DNA from: Octopus sinensis | Lineage: Eukaryota | DNA length: 37,600 bases | Direction: 5' to 3' | Assembly: GCF_006345805.1 (NCBI RefSeq) | Contig: NW_021835907.1 | Coordinates: forward strand, 1 to 37,600 | In this document: positions 11,840-23,091 of the stretch, piece after piece | Position numbering within the stretch: the first letter of the stretch is position 1 | Layout of the letters: each line of letters begins with the position of its first letter | The notes under the pieces: generated by a model | What the model was told of the DNA's origin: nothing | Database searches by the model: none | The model's input: the letters and a program-made list of their open reading frames with translations, nothing else | Translations under genes and position numbers: made by a program

Positions 11840-12262
11840 TATTTAGCAGATATTTTATCTTCAGGTTTTGGTGATACCAAAGCTTTTAAAATCTGAAGAA
11901 TCTTCCTTGGTTTTTCTTGTAGAGTGGCACTTTTCTGCAAGCTGACAACGCAAGTTTTAATTCCAATCTCTTTCGATATTTTACATCGCATTTTTCTGTT
12001 GCTTTGAAGTCCCATTCTCCACACCACCAGTCCAATGCATTCTCTTTCCGACACAGTCATGTCTGCTTATATTCCTTTTGTGCAGATATTCTGCACACAC
12101 TCAAAAAGTGATTGATACTTTCGTGGCCTTTCCTGCAAATTTGGTATTTTATCGATCTTTGTCTTTATCAGATTTTTTCCAAGGGCTTGTTCCTGGCCAG
12201 CTATAATTAACGTTTCTGATTTTCGTTTCAAGTTCCCGTTTGTCAACCAGAGCCAGCGAGCT
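11840..12262 (-). pseudogene. Older, decayed RLE non-LTR (R4-like) C-terminal fragment
   Basis: Minus-strand remnants LKRKSETLIIAGQEQAL, INHFLSVC..AQKEY and SLQKSATL. Lies between TAA/TCA arrays. Confidence 0.6.
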
Positions 12263-12269
12263 TCATTTC

Positions 12270-12319
<50 letters not shown>

Positions 12320-12326
12320 TATTATT

Positions 12327-12379
<53 letters not shown>

Positions 12380-12411
12380 CGCCATCATCATCAGTACTTG
12401 TAGTAGTATTT

Positions 12412-12527
12412 GGATGGCGAACTGACAGCATCGCAAGTGCGTCGGACAAAATTCTTGGCGGCGCGTCTTTATGCTCTGAGTTCGAATCACGCTGAGGTCG
12501 ACTTTGCACCCTTTCGGGGGCCGACAA
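12412..12527 (+). mobile_element. SINE family B fragment
   Basis: ggatggcgaactgacagc...ctgagttcgaatcacgctgaggtcgactttgc. Confidence 0.7.
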
Positions 12528-12707
12528 CATACAGTAGCAGCCAAGTATTACGTTGTAATATTAGTAATTATGTTCATTCAACAAATTCTTGTATTCTTTG
12601 TAATATTTGACAATAACAACTATACTATGTCGCTGGTGAGTTCTAATTAAGCCGAAACAAGTTATAAGTTATACCCATAATACCAAACATCACATTCCTC
12701 ACTGGAT

Positions 12708-12909
12708 ACTCTTTTACTTGTTTCAGTCATTTGACTGCGGCCATACTGGAGCAAAGCCTTTAGTCGAGCAAATCGACCCCGGGACTTATTCTTTGTAAGC
12801 CCAGTACTTATTCTGTCGGTCTCTTTTGCCGAACAGCTAAGTGACGGGGATGTAAACACACCAGCATCGTTTGTCAAGTGATGTTGGCGGGGACAAATAC
12901 AGACACAAT

Positions 12910-12945
<36 letters not shown>

Positions 12946-13359
12946 CATATATACGACGGGCTTCTTTCAGTTTCCGTCTACCAAATCCACTCACAAGGCT
13001 TTAATCGGCCCGAGGCTTATAGTAGAAGACACTTGCCCAAAACTGCCACGCAATGGGACTGAACCCAGAACCATGTGGCTGGTAAGCAAGGCGGCGAGCT
13101 GGCAGAAACGTTAGCACGCCGGGCGAAATGCTTAGCGGTATTTCGTCTGCCGTTACGTTCTGAGTTCAAATTCCGCCGAGGTCGACTTTGCCTTTCATCC
13201 TTTCGGGGTCGATAAATTAAGTACCAGTTACGCACTGGAATCGATGTAATCGACTTAATACATATGTCTGTCCTTGTTTGTCCCCTCTGTGTTTAGCCCC
13301 TTGTGGGTAATAAAGAAATAGGTAAGCAAGCTACTTACCACACAGCCACTCCTACGCCT
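12708..13359 (-). mobile_element. SINE family A, full length, interrupted by a nested family B SINE
   Basis: Reverse complement of 429-850, from cttttacttgtttcagtcatttg to cagccactcctacgcct. Confidence 0.88.
13091..13320 (+). mobile_element. tRNA-derived SINE family B (Meta-domain-like core), nested, TSD ggtaagcaag
   Basis: tggcagaaacgttag (A-box-like), gagttcaaattcc (B box), core gactttgcctttcatcctttcggggtcgataaattaagtacc. Direct repeat at 13081-13090 and 13321-13330. Confidence 0.9.
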
Positions 13360-13599
13360 ATTTTTTTCATGAATTTAAATTTCTTGCTATTTCGTAGTTG
13401 TCTCCCCTACATGTTTTGACTTGAATTACTCATTTTATTAATCATTTTTTTTTCTTTCTCAATTCAAGTGAAACTTCAATAGATTAGAAAAAAGTACCAG
13501 TGTCCAATTCAGCAAGTGTGCTAGATGCTGTTCCAGGATTTTATCAATAACACGGCCCTTCGTTCACATCAGAAGTAACAGAGCTACGATTATTAATTA

Positions 13600-13995
13600 A
13601 TCCTTTCTATTGGAGGTACAAGGCCTCAAATTTCTAGAGAGGGGACTAATCAATTACATCGACCCCAGTGTTTCACTCGTACTTAATTTGTCGACCACGA
13701 AAGGAGGAAAGGCAATGTCGACCTCGGCAGAATTTGAATGCGGAACGTAGCGACGGGCGAAATACTTATTTCTTTACTACCCACAAGGGGCTAAACACAG
13801 TGAGGACAAACAAGAACAGACAAACGGAGTAAGTCGATTATATCGACCCCAGTGTGTAACTGGTACTTATTTAATCGACCCCGAAAGGATGAAAGGCAAA
13901 GTCGACTTCGGCGGAATTTGAACTCAGAACCTTACGGCAGACGAGATACCGCTAAGCATTTCTCCCGGCGTGCTAACGTTTTTGCCAGCTCGCCT
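13600..13995 (-). mobile_element. SINE family B, tandem or nested pair
   Basis: Two successive gaaagg..gaaaggcaa.gtcgac..cggc cores. Confidence 0.85.
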
Positions 13996-14066
13996 TCTTT
14001 AGCTAGCAACTAATTTAATATGTAAGAGATATTTTATAAGATTTTAATAAGGTATATATATATATA

Positions 14067-14099
<33 letters not shown>

Positions 14100-14111
14100 C
14101 TCTTTTGCTTC

Positions 14112-14155
<44 letters not shown>

Positions 14156-14490
14156 ACACACACACACACACTCCTCCTCATCTCTCTCACAGCCGGGTCT
14201 ACGATCTTCCTTTCGCCGGCAGCCTTGTTCAAGTAAACATGTTTCTTCCTGCGCTCGTGAAAAAAAATTTTTTTTCCTCGTCTAGGCTTATAGGCCCTCT
14301 TCATTCGTTTTCCTGTCCTGTTTCTTGTACTGTTTCTTGTACTGTATTTTTTGTTATTGTATTTTATTTTGTATTTGTTTTTAATTGTATTGTTTTTACG
14401 TCCTGTTTTTGTCACATTTTTTCCTTGTTTTTACCCCGCTGCAAAGGAATTTTATTTAATTCTTTCGCAGGAAGGATTACTTCGACGAGA

Positions 14491-14550
14491 CGTGTTCTGT
14501 CCTCACCTTCGAAACACGCTAGAGTTGAACTAGGGACGGCTGATGAAGGG
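14491..14550 (+). ncRNA. Candidate non-circularly permuted hammerhead ribozyme, locus 1
   Basis: CGTG-TT/CTGTCCT-caccttc-GAAA-CACG-[14 nt]-GGGACGG-CTGATGA-aggg. Stem III CGTG/CACG, 7-bp stem I (two G.U), weak stem II. Confidence 0.6.
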
Positions 14551-14827
14551 ATTTTTCCTTGTGTTTGTCTTGTACTCTGTTTTTTCGTTGTTTCGTTGTA
14601 AAGGAATGGTCCGTTCCATGCGCTTTTTACGTTTCGTTTCTCGTTGAGTTCTACGTCTATTTGTGGTGTCCTGTACACACGTATATTATTTATATATGCA
14701 TGTATATATACATGTAGATGTAGGTACGTACATATATGTTTGTATGTATGCATATATTTTACTTATTACACTATACTATATATATATATATATATAAATA
14801 TATATACACACACATATAGACATACAC

Positions 14828-14860
<33 letters not shown>

Positions 14861-15072
14861 TGTATGTATGTATATATGTGTGCATGTATATCCTTCGACA
14901 TTTGTGGTTTCGTGTATATACACACACACACACATACACACACATATATACAAATATATATATATCCATATATATTATATCTAAATATTCTTTTATATTT
15001 GAATATATACATATATATATGTAAATATATATGCATGCATGTAAGCATACACGTGTGTGTGTGTGTGCATGT

Positions 15073-15108
<36 letters not shown>

Positions 15109-15344
15109 ACAAATATACTTATCCATGTGTGTCTATCGTGAAATCTCAGACTACCTGCTGCTGCTGTTGCTGTTGCCACTGCTGCTGCTACTGGAAACCC
15201 GCCATTGTTGAAATACAAAAAAAAAAAAATTATCAGTCCTAGATAAAACACCAATAAGAAACACATATCAGTCCAAAAACAAACAGTTGGATCACCAATA
15301 CAAAATATCGATCTATTATAATAATCTAATCGGTATCAGCAAGA

Positions 15345-15391
<47 letters not shown>

Positions 15392-15659
15392 TCTCTCCCT
15401 CTCTCCCTCTCTCTTTCTCCTTCGCTGTTCTACAGATTAGTTTGTCGTAATTTTAATCTCTTTTAATCTGCCTCTCTCTTTGTCATTCGGTTGATAAGAC
15501 ATCATTTATATATTCTATGCATCTGTCATCCTGCTATTCTGTAGTTCTCTCATTCTATCGCTCATTCGTTCTGTGTTACTATTAATTTCATATTCTGAAA
15601 TTCTGTTTGTTGGTTTTTCTGCCCTTTTTTATTCTTCGGGTGTTCTTCGGAGCCGTAGT

Positions 15660-15930
15660 TACTCTTAAGGTTTGTTACTCGGTTTCCATGGCGTATAAGT
15701 GAACCTGATTACAACAATCCCCCCTGGATGGGTAGCTAGCCATTTGCAAACTTCATGACCAGTCGACTAAATCCACCCAGTGCCTAACCGGTACTTTTAT
15801 CTATCGACCCCGAAGGGACGAAATGCAAAGTCGACCTCGGCGGAATTTGAACTCCGAACATAAAGACCTTGAAGATATACGTTACGCATTGTTTGTCCGA
15901 AGCGCAAACGATGCTGCCAGCTCGCAGCCT
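15660..15930 (-). mobile_element. Diverged SINE family B
   Basis: atcgaccccgaagggacgaaatgcaaagtcgacctcggcggaatttgaactc...tgccagctcgc. Confidence 0.7.
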
Positions 15931-16059
15931 GATTCTTCAAAGACGGTCACTCGTTACTTTTTCTTATTCTTTTTCTTAGTCTCTCTCTTTCTTTCTCCCT
16001 CTCACATTCTCTTGACCCTCTTTAGTACTCTATCATTTTCTTTCATTTTCCTACCGTCT

Positions 16060-16530
16060 CCTCTCTCTCTCCCCCTCTCTCTCCCCTCTCTCTCTCCCCC
16101 TCTCTCTCTCTCCCTCTCTCTCTCCCCCTCTCTCTCTCTCTATCTTCATCATTCGTTCTCAATACTTCTTACTCTCCCTGTCACCCTCTCTCTCTCTCAA
16201 ACACACACTCTCTCTCTCCCTCTCTTTTTCCATCTCCTTCCTCACTAGCCTTCCATTCCCTCCCTATCACGCTTTCATTTTCAATCTACCTTTCTCCCTC
16301 TCCCTCTCACATACTCTCTGTGCCTGTTTGTTTCTCTCTGCCTCTCTCACATTCTCTCTTTTACTTAAACCCTCCCTCTCTCCCTCGCAGTCTCTTTTTT
16401 CCATTTCTCTCTCCTCATCCCTTCTCTCCCTCCCCGCTCTCATCTCCCTTCCCTCTCTTACCGTCTCTTCCTCTCTCTCTCTCTCTCTCTCCCTCTCGCT
16501 TACTCCCTCTCTCTCTCTCTCTCTCTCTCT
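16060..16530. repeat. Polypyrimidine (CT)n low-complexity tract
   Basis: C/T-dominated, imperfect ct repeats. Confidence 0.9.
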
Positions 16531-16652
16531 GTCAGTGTTGTACTACCCAATACCAAGTATGCCGTTCCGTGGGAAACTTTTGACTGCAAATGTGTGTCTT
16601 TCTATCATTCCAATTGATTTAAGGGCTTCGTCTTACGTATGTGTGTGTGTGT

Positions 16653-16695
<43 letters not shown>

Positions 16696-16763
16696 ATGTG
16701 TGTTTGTGCATGTGTGTGTGTGTGCCTTCGCACGCGCTCTATATATATGATAGTGATATATCA

Positions 16764-16798
<35 letters not shown>

Positions 16799-16823
16799 AT
16801 ATGTGAATTCGTCAATTTCTGCG

Positions 16824-16877
<54 letters not shown>

Positions 16878-17030
16878 CGTGGTTATTGGACTGATGCCTA
16901 TTGCTGCTACTGCTTGTTGTTCTTTACCGAGTAAGAGAGAAATCAAGAGACAGCCATGCAGACAAACAGGCAGAGATACCTATATATATATATATAGAAA
17001 CATATGTATGTAGGAATATGTATATATACG

Positions 17031-17074
<44 letters not shown>

Positions 17075-17324
17075 TGTGTGTGTGTATACATTTATTGATG
17101 AATACATATATTTGATATGTCTATATATATATATACATATATATACCTGTATACAATCACACACATACATACACACGTGTATGAATATGTATGAATGTAT
17201 GTTTATATGCATATATACGTATATATGTGCATATATATATGCTCATGCATATATATGTATCTGTATATATATGTGCGTGTGTGTGTGTGTATACATAAAT
17301 CTGTGCACATATTTGCATATATAG

Positions 17325-17589
17325 CAATGGTTGTCAACCAATTTTCTCTGTGGATCCCTTTTACTCTGTGAGTCCCTATTTTACTCTGCTGGACCCTAAC
17401 GAACAGTCGATGTTTTTAAAAAAAACCCATTATATTTTTCTAATTAAATATTTTTAGGAATTCTATAAGAAAAATTGCTAAAATCTGTAGACTATTTTAG
17501 AAGAATTGACAATTTAATGTACATAAATGTTAAAAGCACAATTTTATGTGGACCTCATGGGTGATGTGGATCTTGGCCGAGAAAATATG
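17325..17589. mobile_element. Possible decayed hAT (Charlie-like) MITE
   Basis: caatggttgtcaacc resembles CAGTGGTTCTCAACC-type TIRs; degenerate right end ggccgagaaaatatg; internal gtggacc/ggatccc motifs. Confidence 0.35.
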
Positions 17590-17669
17590 TATATCAATAT
17601 ACACACTATATTATTTACACCCTTAGCCATATATACATACATACATACATACATACATACATACATACA

Positions 17670-17736
<67 letters not shown>

Positions 17737-17741
17737 ATATA

Positions 17742-18230
17742 CGATGTCTGATTAATAAGTATCTGGACTGTTGCCATAGTAACGAAGTTAAAGCACTCAG
17801 AGTGATGCCGCTTAGCAAAGATTGAGTTTGCACTCTGATGTGCATACGCAGTAAGTTTTAATGTTCTATCTCACTTTCGCTGTTTACAACAGTGCTTGGA
17901 ATGAAAGTGTGTAGCATTTGATCGTGTGATCGTCGCATTGACCATGACAGAGAAAGTTATCATGGTGATATCTCATCAGAGGCCTACGCAAAGTTGCAGA
18001 AAGTGTATGGAGAGGAGTGTAAGAGCCGTACACAAGCGTACAATTGGTTCAGACGTTTCCAAGATGACCGAAAAAATGTCGATATTGACGAACGTTCTGG
18101 GAGACCTGCAACCAGCAGAACTGGAGAAAACATCGCAGATGTCCTTGCAGCTGTGAGGGGAAATCATCGAATCACCATCCATGAGTTATCAGAGGATGTG
18201 CAGATTAGTTACGGTTCATTTCAATCCATT
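17742..18230 (+). mobile_element. 5' fragment of a mariner transposon (N-terminal HTH domains)
   Basis: TA + cgatgtctgattaataagta TIR-like start. Peptide QKVYGEEC.SRTQAYNWFRRFQD...DERSGRP...RITIHELSEDVQISYGS is homologous to the N-terminus of the 23226 ORF. Confidence 0.8.
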
Positions 18231-18231
18231 A

Positions 18232-19350
18232 CATTGGTCTACAAGGTTTTTGGTGTTTACGAAATAGACATCATTCCTATAGGAAATCGGTCTCTTGAAC
18301 CCAAATATAACCTTGAATCCAAATATAACCTTCAGTTCTAGATTTTAAGTTATTGTACATCCCTTTAGTCACTGTGTATGCGTGTACATCCAGGACGCAG
18401 TGTTCGTTGCCTTATTCTAATTCCATATACCTGTTTTTCTTTTTCCATACTTTGTAGATGTTGTAGTGAACTAAGCAATAGAAAATGAGCACGATGTCCC
18501 CATCAAGAAAGTGTTGCGTTAATTCTCAAAATGTGGTTTGTTATGTTTGTGGAAAATACACTTTACCTGAAAATCGAAACAACATCACTGATTTTGTTGA
18601 AAGAGCGCATATGGCTTATTTTTGGGTCAAGCTGGGATACCAAGATAAACATTGAGCACCGCATAGTGTCTGCAAACAATGTACAGAACATTTGCAACAA
18701 TGGACTAAAGGGACAAGGAACAGGATGATGTTTGCTACACCACTGGTATGGCGGGAGCCCTATAATGACGTGGACGACTGCTATTTTTGCAACCTAAATT
18801 TGAATGGTGTTACCCGAAAAAATCTGCAAACGCTCGTCTATCCTAATCTTGCCTCTGCAATTAGACCGGTTCCACAGAGTGAAGATCTTCCTGTTCCTGT
18901 CTTCAATGTCTTGCCTCAGATAACTTTACCCTCAACCAAAGAAGATTCATCACCTGAAGATGACACTAGAGATCAAAACTTTTCAGTTGAGACTTTACCT
19001 CCGCTATTCTCGCAGGTAGAGCTCAATGATCTAGTTCGTGACTTGAACCTCCCCAAAAAATTCTGCAGAACTGTTGGCTTCCCGACTGAAAGAGAAGAAT
19101 CTTCTAGAGAATAGTGTCCGTATAGATGTCAATATATTGGAAGTGATAAGATCATTTACTACCCTTTGCGCATTAAACCCAAACTGATCAAGCAATTTGT
19201 CAAAGCTCTTAACAAAACTAGGGAGTGCTTGAAGTATATCTGCAGTGTATTTCCAGACTTGACGATTGAAAAACTTAAAGCAGGGATTTTTGATGGAGCA
19301 CAGATCGGTAAGCTCTTGAAGGACACAAATTTCGTGAAAATGATGAGCAG
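18232..19350 (+). mobile_element. Chapaev3-like (CMC) DNA transposon relic, frameshifted and internally deleted
   Basis: ATG at 18485 gives RKCCVNSQNVVCYVCG, then VCKQC, PLVWREPYNDVDDCYFC, LNDLVRDLNLPK and LRIKPKLIKQFVKAL..KLKAGIFDG. Begins TTA|cattgg (TWA target, CACTG-like end). Family assignment is from memory of these motifs. Confidence 0.7.
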
Positions 19351-19389
19351 CTATTCATACACACACACAGACACACACACACACACACA

Positions 19390-19423
<34 letters not shown>

Positions 19424-19466
19424 TATATATATATATATATACATACATTCATACATACATACACAG

Positions 19467-19535
<69 letters not shown>

Positions 19536-19560
19536 TATACATATGTATATATATACACGT

Positions 19561-20143
19561 ATGAAAAATGCATTAAATAAACGATATCTGAAAAACATAC
19601 TCGTAGGACAGACACAGAAGATCCTAATTCTTCATCAGTTATCAACCGAATCTTAATACTCCGTTTCATATCTGACCCGTGACCAATTTTCCCATTTCTC
19701 TGCTTTTTGCGCGTCGGACGCCTAACTAGTGGATCGATAGCAATATCCTCCCTTGATATTCGTCTTTCTACATCCATTCAGGATTCCTTCCAGGCGTTAG
19801 CCATCATACGTCTTTTTGGTCGAAAGGCCGGAATTTTCTTGTCAACGTATTTTTCTCGTCCACCTGTTTATTCCGTCTTTGTCAATCGTCTTAAATTACA
19901 TTTGTATACTTTCCTACGTCCACTCTGTGTGGTTTTTTTCTTTTTTCGCTCGAAGATCCCAATTCTCCGCAAATTTGCAAATTTCGCGGTTGCCATCGAT
20001 ATGTGAAGATATCAGTGTTATCATCAAAAGCATGAAACTGAGTATTAACGTTCGGCTGATAACTGGTGAGGGATTAGAACCGTCTGTGCCTGTCTTACGT
20101 CTACGTTTTTTAGCTATCCTTGTTTATTTATTGCACTTTATAT
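19561..20143. mobile_element. Penelope-like pLTR with an inverted partial copy (arms 19561-19669 and 20032-20143)
   Basis: The arms are diverged reverse complements. Each carries GAAA followed 29 nt later by CTGRTGA. Confidence 0.7.
20012..20072 (+). ncRNA. Candidate non-circularly permuted hammerhead, locus 2 (this copy mutated)
   Basis: TCAG-TG/TTATCA-[10 nt]-GAAA-CTGA-[15 nt]-TGATAA-CTGGTGA. Stems III (4 bp) and I (6 bp) are perfect; the inverted copy keeps CTGATGA (19632-19638). Confidence 0.55.
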
Positions 20144-20203
20144 TTGTTGAGTAACTGAACGCCACGCAGTAAATCTGTGCATATATTTAACAGTAAGCTT
20201 TTC

Positions 20204-20235
<32 letters not shown>

Positions 20236-20249
20236 GTATATATAATATA

Positions 20250-20331
<82 letters not shown>

Positions 20332-20892
20332 CAGACAGATAAAAACAACAGACTCACAGTCACACAGACAGACATACAAACATGCCCTTATATTTCTATG
20401 AGTAAACAAAATCGCATAAGAGCTATACAGGGTAGAATTCAGAACCACATCAGGAAAACTCATTTTCACACCCAAATACAAATAACCCTCCGTTTTTGTT
20501 GTTTTTTCCCTTTATTTATTTGTTTATATATTTATTTATTTATTTATTCGTTTCTTTAACGTCACTGTTTTTTTTTTCTTTATTTTTATGATAGAATTTT
20601 ACTAAAGAATGTGCAAAAGACTACTGCGATCGAAAAAGGTCTGTAGGGTTCACAAAACTAAAATCATCTGATAATACACCGCAATAATATTAAAAGTCTG
20701 TGAGAATTCCTGCTGATTCTTGAAGAATTCAGCACTTTTATTCTGTTGTATTTGATTTCATTTTAAAACATTTTTTAGGGTAGGGTGGAGTCGGGTGGAG
20801 TCGCCACATTTTTTTTTATCTATTTGGCTTTTTTTCGCTTATATTCCACTTTTTAAAAATTTATAATTTAAAATTCTTACTTTATAAATTGC

Positions 20893-20972
<80 letters not shown>

Positions 20973-20973
20973 T

Positions 20974-21485
20974 GAGTGAAAGAGCGGCACCTGCGATCAA
21001 AGTGATACCGAGGTACGAACCCCAATATACCTATCATAACTACCCGTCTGATAAGGGTACACTAGGCACATGCATCACAACCATATGGAACCACATGTCA
21101 AGAGAACCAGCGCATAACCTTTCTTCAGATCGAGTAGCCCATACTGCTCAGAAGGTCCCTGAATAAGATTCGCTTAAGGATAATAAGCAGAACATCCATG
21201 TTTCCAAGAGCGAATTATTCAAACTCCAAAGAATTCCTTTCGACTCATGGCTATGGTTCTCACCCATATGACTCCCGCCATCATCAGAGATGCACTTATC
21301 TTCAGTCACTAAGGGAATTACTCAACTGGTTAAGGTCAAACAACTGACAAGCAAATCTGTGGTATTGAGCAGAATATTTGCTGTAGCCCATCTTTTATAC
21401 CAAGACAAAACATGTACATGATAACACTTCCAATCAGTTAAGATCAGAAGCTATGACAGCCACTACCTGGTACTGCATCAGGGCA
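20974..21485. mobile_element. ~510-bp interspersed repeat bordered by TAT/TGT arrays (copy 2)
   Basis: Homologous to 10166-10704. Confidence 0.8.
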
Positions 21486-21619
21486 CTGTTGTTGTTGTTG
21501 TTGTTGCTGTTTCCATTTCGTTTCTCAGAGATTTGGATTTCACTTGCTGTTGATAATTCTATAAGAGCGAACAACTTGTTGTCAAGGGTTTCACGGGGGT
21601 CTCTTTCCGCAAGTACCGA

Positions 21620-22180
21620 TCTCTAAATACTCGCCGTTCCCATTAGAGCAGTTTTCTGAGCATGTTTTACCAATTAATTTCCCAAACAGCTACCATGATG
21701 ATTGTTACTTTCTTCATTGCCCAAATTCGTGCAACCTCATCTTTTAGCGGTTCCTTGTACTTCTCAATCTCTTCCGGTTCTTCATCATCCTCTCGGATAT
21801 CCTCAGGTATGACAATTTCTGTTACCTTGCTCTCCTTCATCATTTCATCAACTACAACAATGTTTCGCCTCCGATCATCAGTCTCTGAATCACACTGGAT
21901 TGTCAAATCCCACAAGATCTTACATTCATTATTCTCAGTGACACCTTTTGGTTTGTGCCATTTCTGTTTTCTTTGAAGTTCCTACTTTCACGCAATCCCC
22001 AATGAAGGTTCGTTATTGTGCTTCCCTTTGTATTCCTTTTGAGCCAATTTCCTTCACTAACTTACAACATGGGAAATTACTTCATTGTTTTTATTCCACA
22101 CACCCTACAAAGGGGCGAATAACTACTTTTATCTATTTGGAACTATTTGGTTATATTAGTTCATGAGCGCTGTATATTAA
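21620..22180 (-). pseudogene. Decayed RLE non-LTR endonuclease fragment
   Basis: WDLTIQCDSETDDRRRNIVVV..EIVIPED..EEIEKY..LKDEVARIW matches the RLE layout of 10921-11274. Confidence 0.7.
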
Positions 22181-22417
22181 TGTCTCAATGCGTTCTCATA
22201 GATCACCTTTTCTAAACCACCGCCGGGTGTTGGCCTGTTTAAAGGTATGCACAAAAGTGTTACCTATGGAATCAGCGTCCTTGATGCGTGTTCACAATTA
22301 GTTTCCTTATATATCGAGGGCCTTTCGAAAAACCCCATTGTGGTTCTAATTCGACAAATGTCTGTATTAATGTTACACTCGTTGTTATTCTGGTCTCTTT
22401 CACGAAACTACCGAGTC

Positions 22418-22631
22418 TTTTCTACTCTAGGCACAAGGCCCGAAATTTGGGGGGAGCGGGGCCACTCGATTGGATCGACCCCAGTACGCTGCTGGTACTT
22501 AATTTATCGACCTCGAAAGGATGAAAGGCAAAGTCGACCTCGGTGGAATTTGAACTCAGAACATAAAGACAGACGAAATACTACTAAGCATTTCGCCCGG
22601 CGTGCTAACGTTTCTGCCAGCTCGCCGCCTT
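22418..22631 (-). mobile_element. SINE family B
   Basis: Reverse complement of the 13091 head and core. Confidence 0.88.
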
Positions 22632-22659
22632 AGCAAACTACCAAGTCTATAATCATACT

Positions 22660-22819
22660 GATGGTACCTATAACTACTGGGATTACCTTTGCAGAAGCGT
22701 TCCATTCTTCGCATTTTCTTTGCTAAGTCTTGGTATTTTCCTATTTTTTCCTGTTCTCCAAATTCTACTTTCATAGCAGCAGATACAGCCACATCTATGA
22801 TGAGGCATTTCGGCAACAT
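22660..22819 (-). pseudogene. Short RLE endonuclease fragment
   Basis: KCLIIDVAV..EQEKIGKYQDLAK. Confidence 0.6.
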
Positions 22820-22976
22820 TCGTTAATTTTTGAAAATGGGGTCATAACTATGAAATATTGAATACAAGGTAAGTCTACATTAATTCATATATTTGTTTTC
22901 TTGTGATTTGCCTTGCATTTCCTTCGCTTTGTTCTGGCCTTACCAACGATCCTTTATGCAATATTTGTGTGTGTGA

Positions 22977-23012
<36 letters not shown>

Positions 23013-23091
23013 GCATACGCATATATTTACATACATATAAATTTATATGCACACTTATATACATATATAGTTACAAATGTAAATATATATA

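Noticed and set aside
12629-12668. CTGGTGA..GAAAC hammerhead-like spacing
   Set aside because: The core is mutated and stems I-III do not pair convincingly.
13091-13180. tRNA gene calls for SINE heads (also 429 and 31541)
   Set aside because: A/B boxes are present but there is no complete cloverleaf, and each continues into a SINE body.
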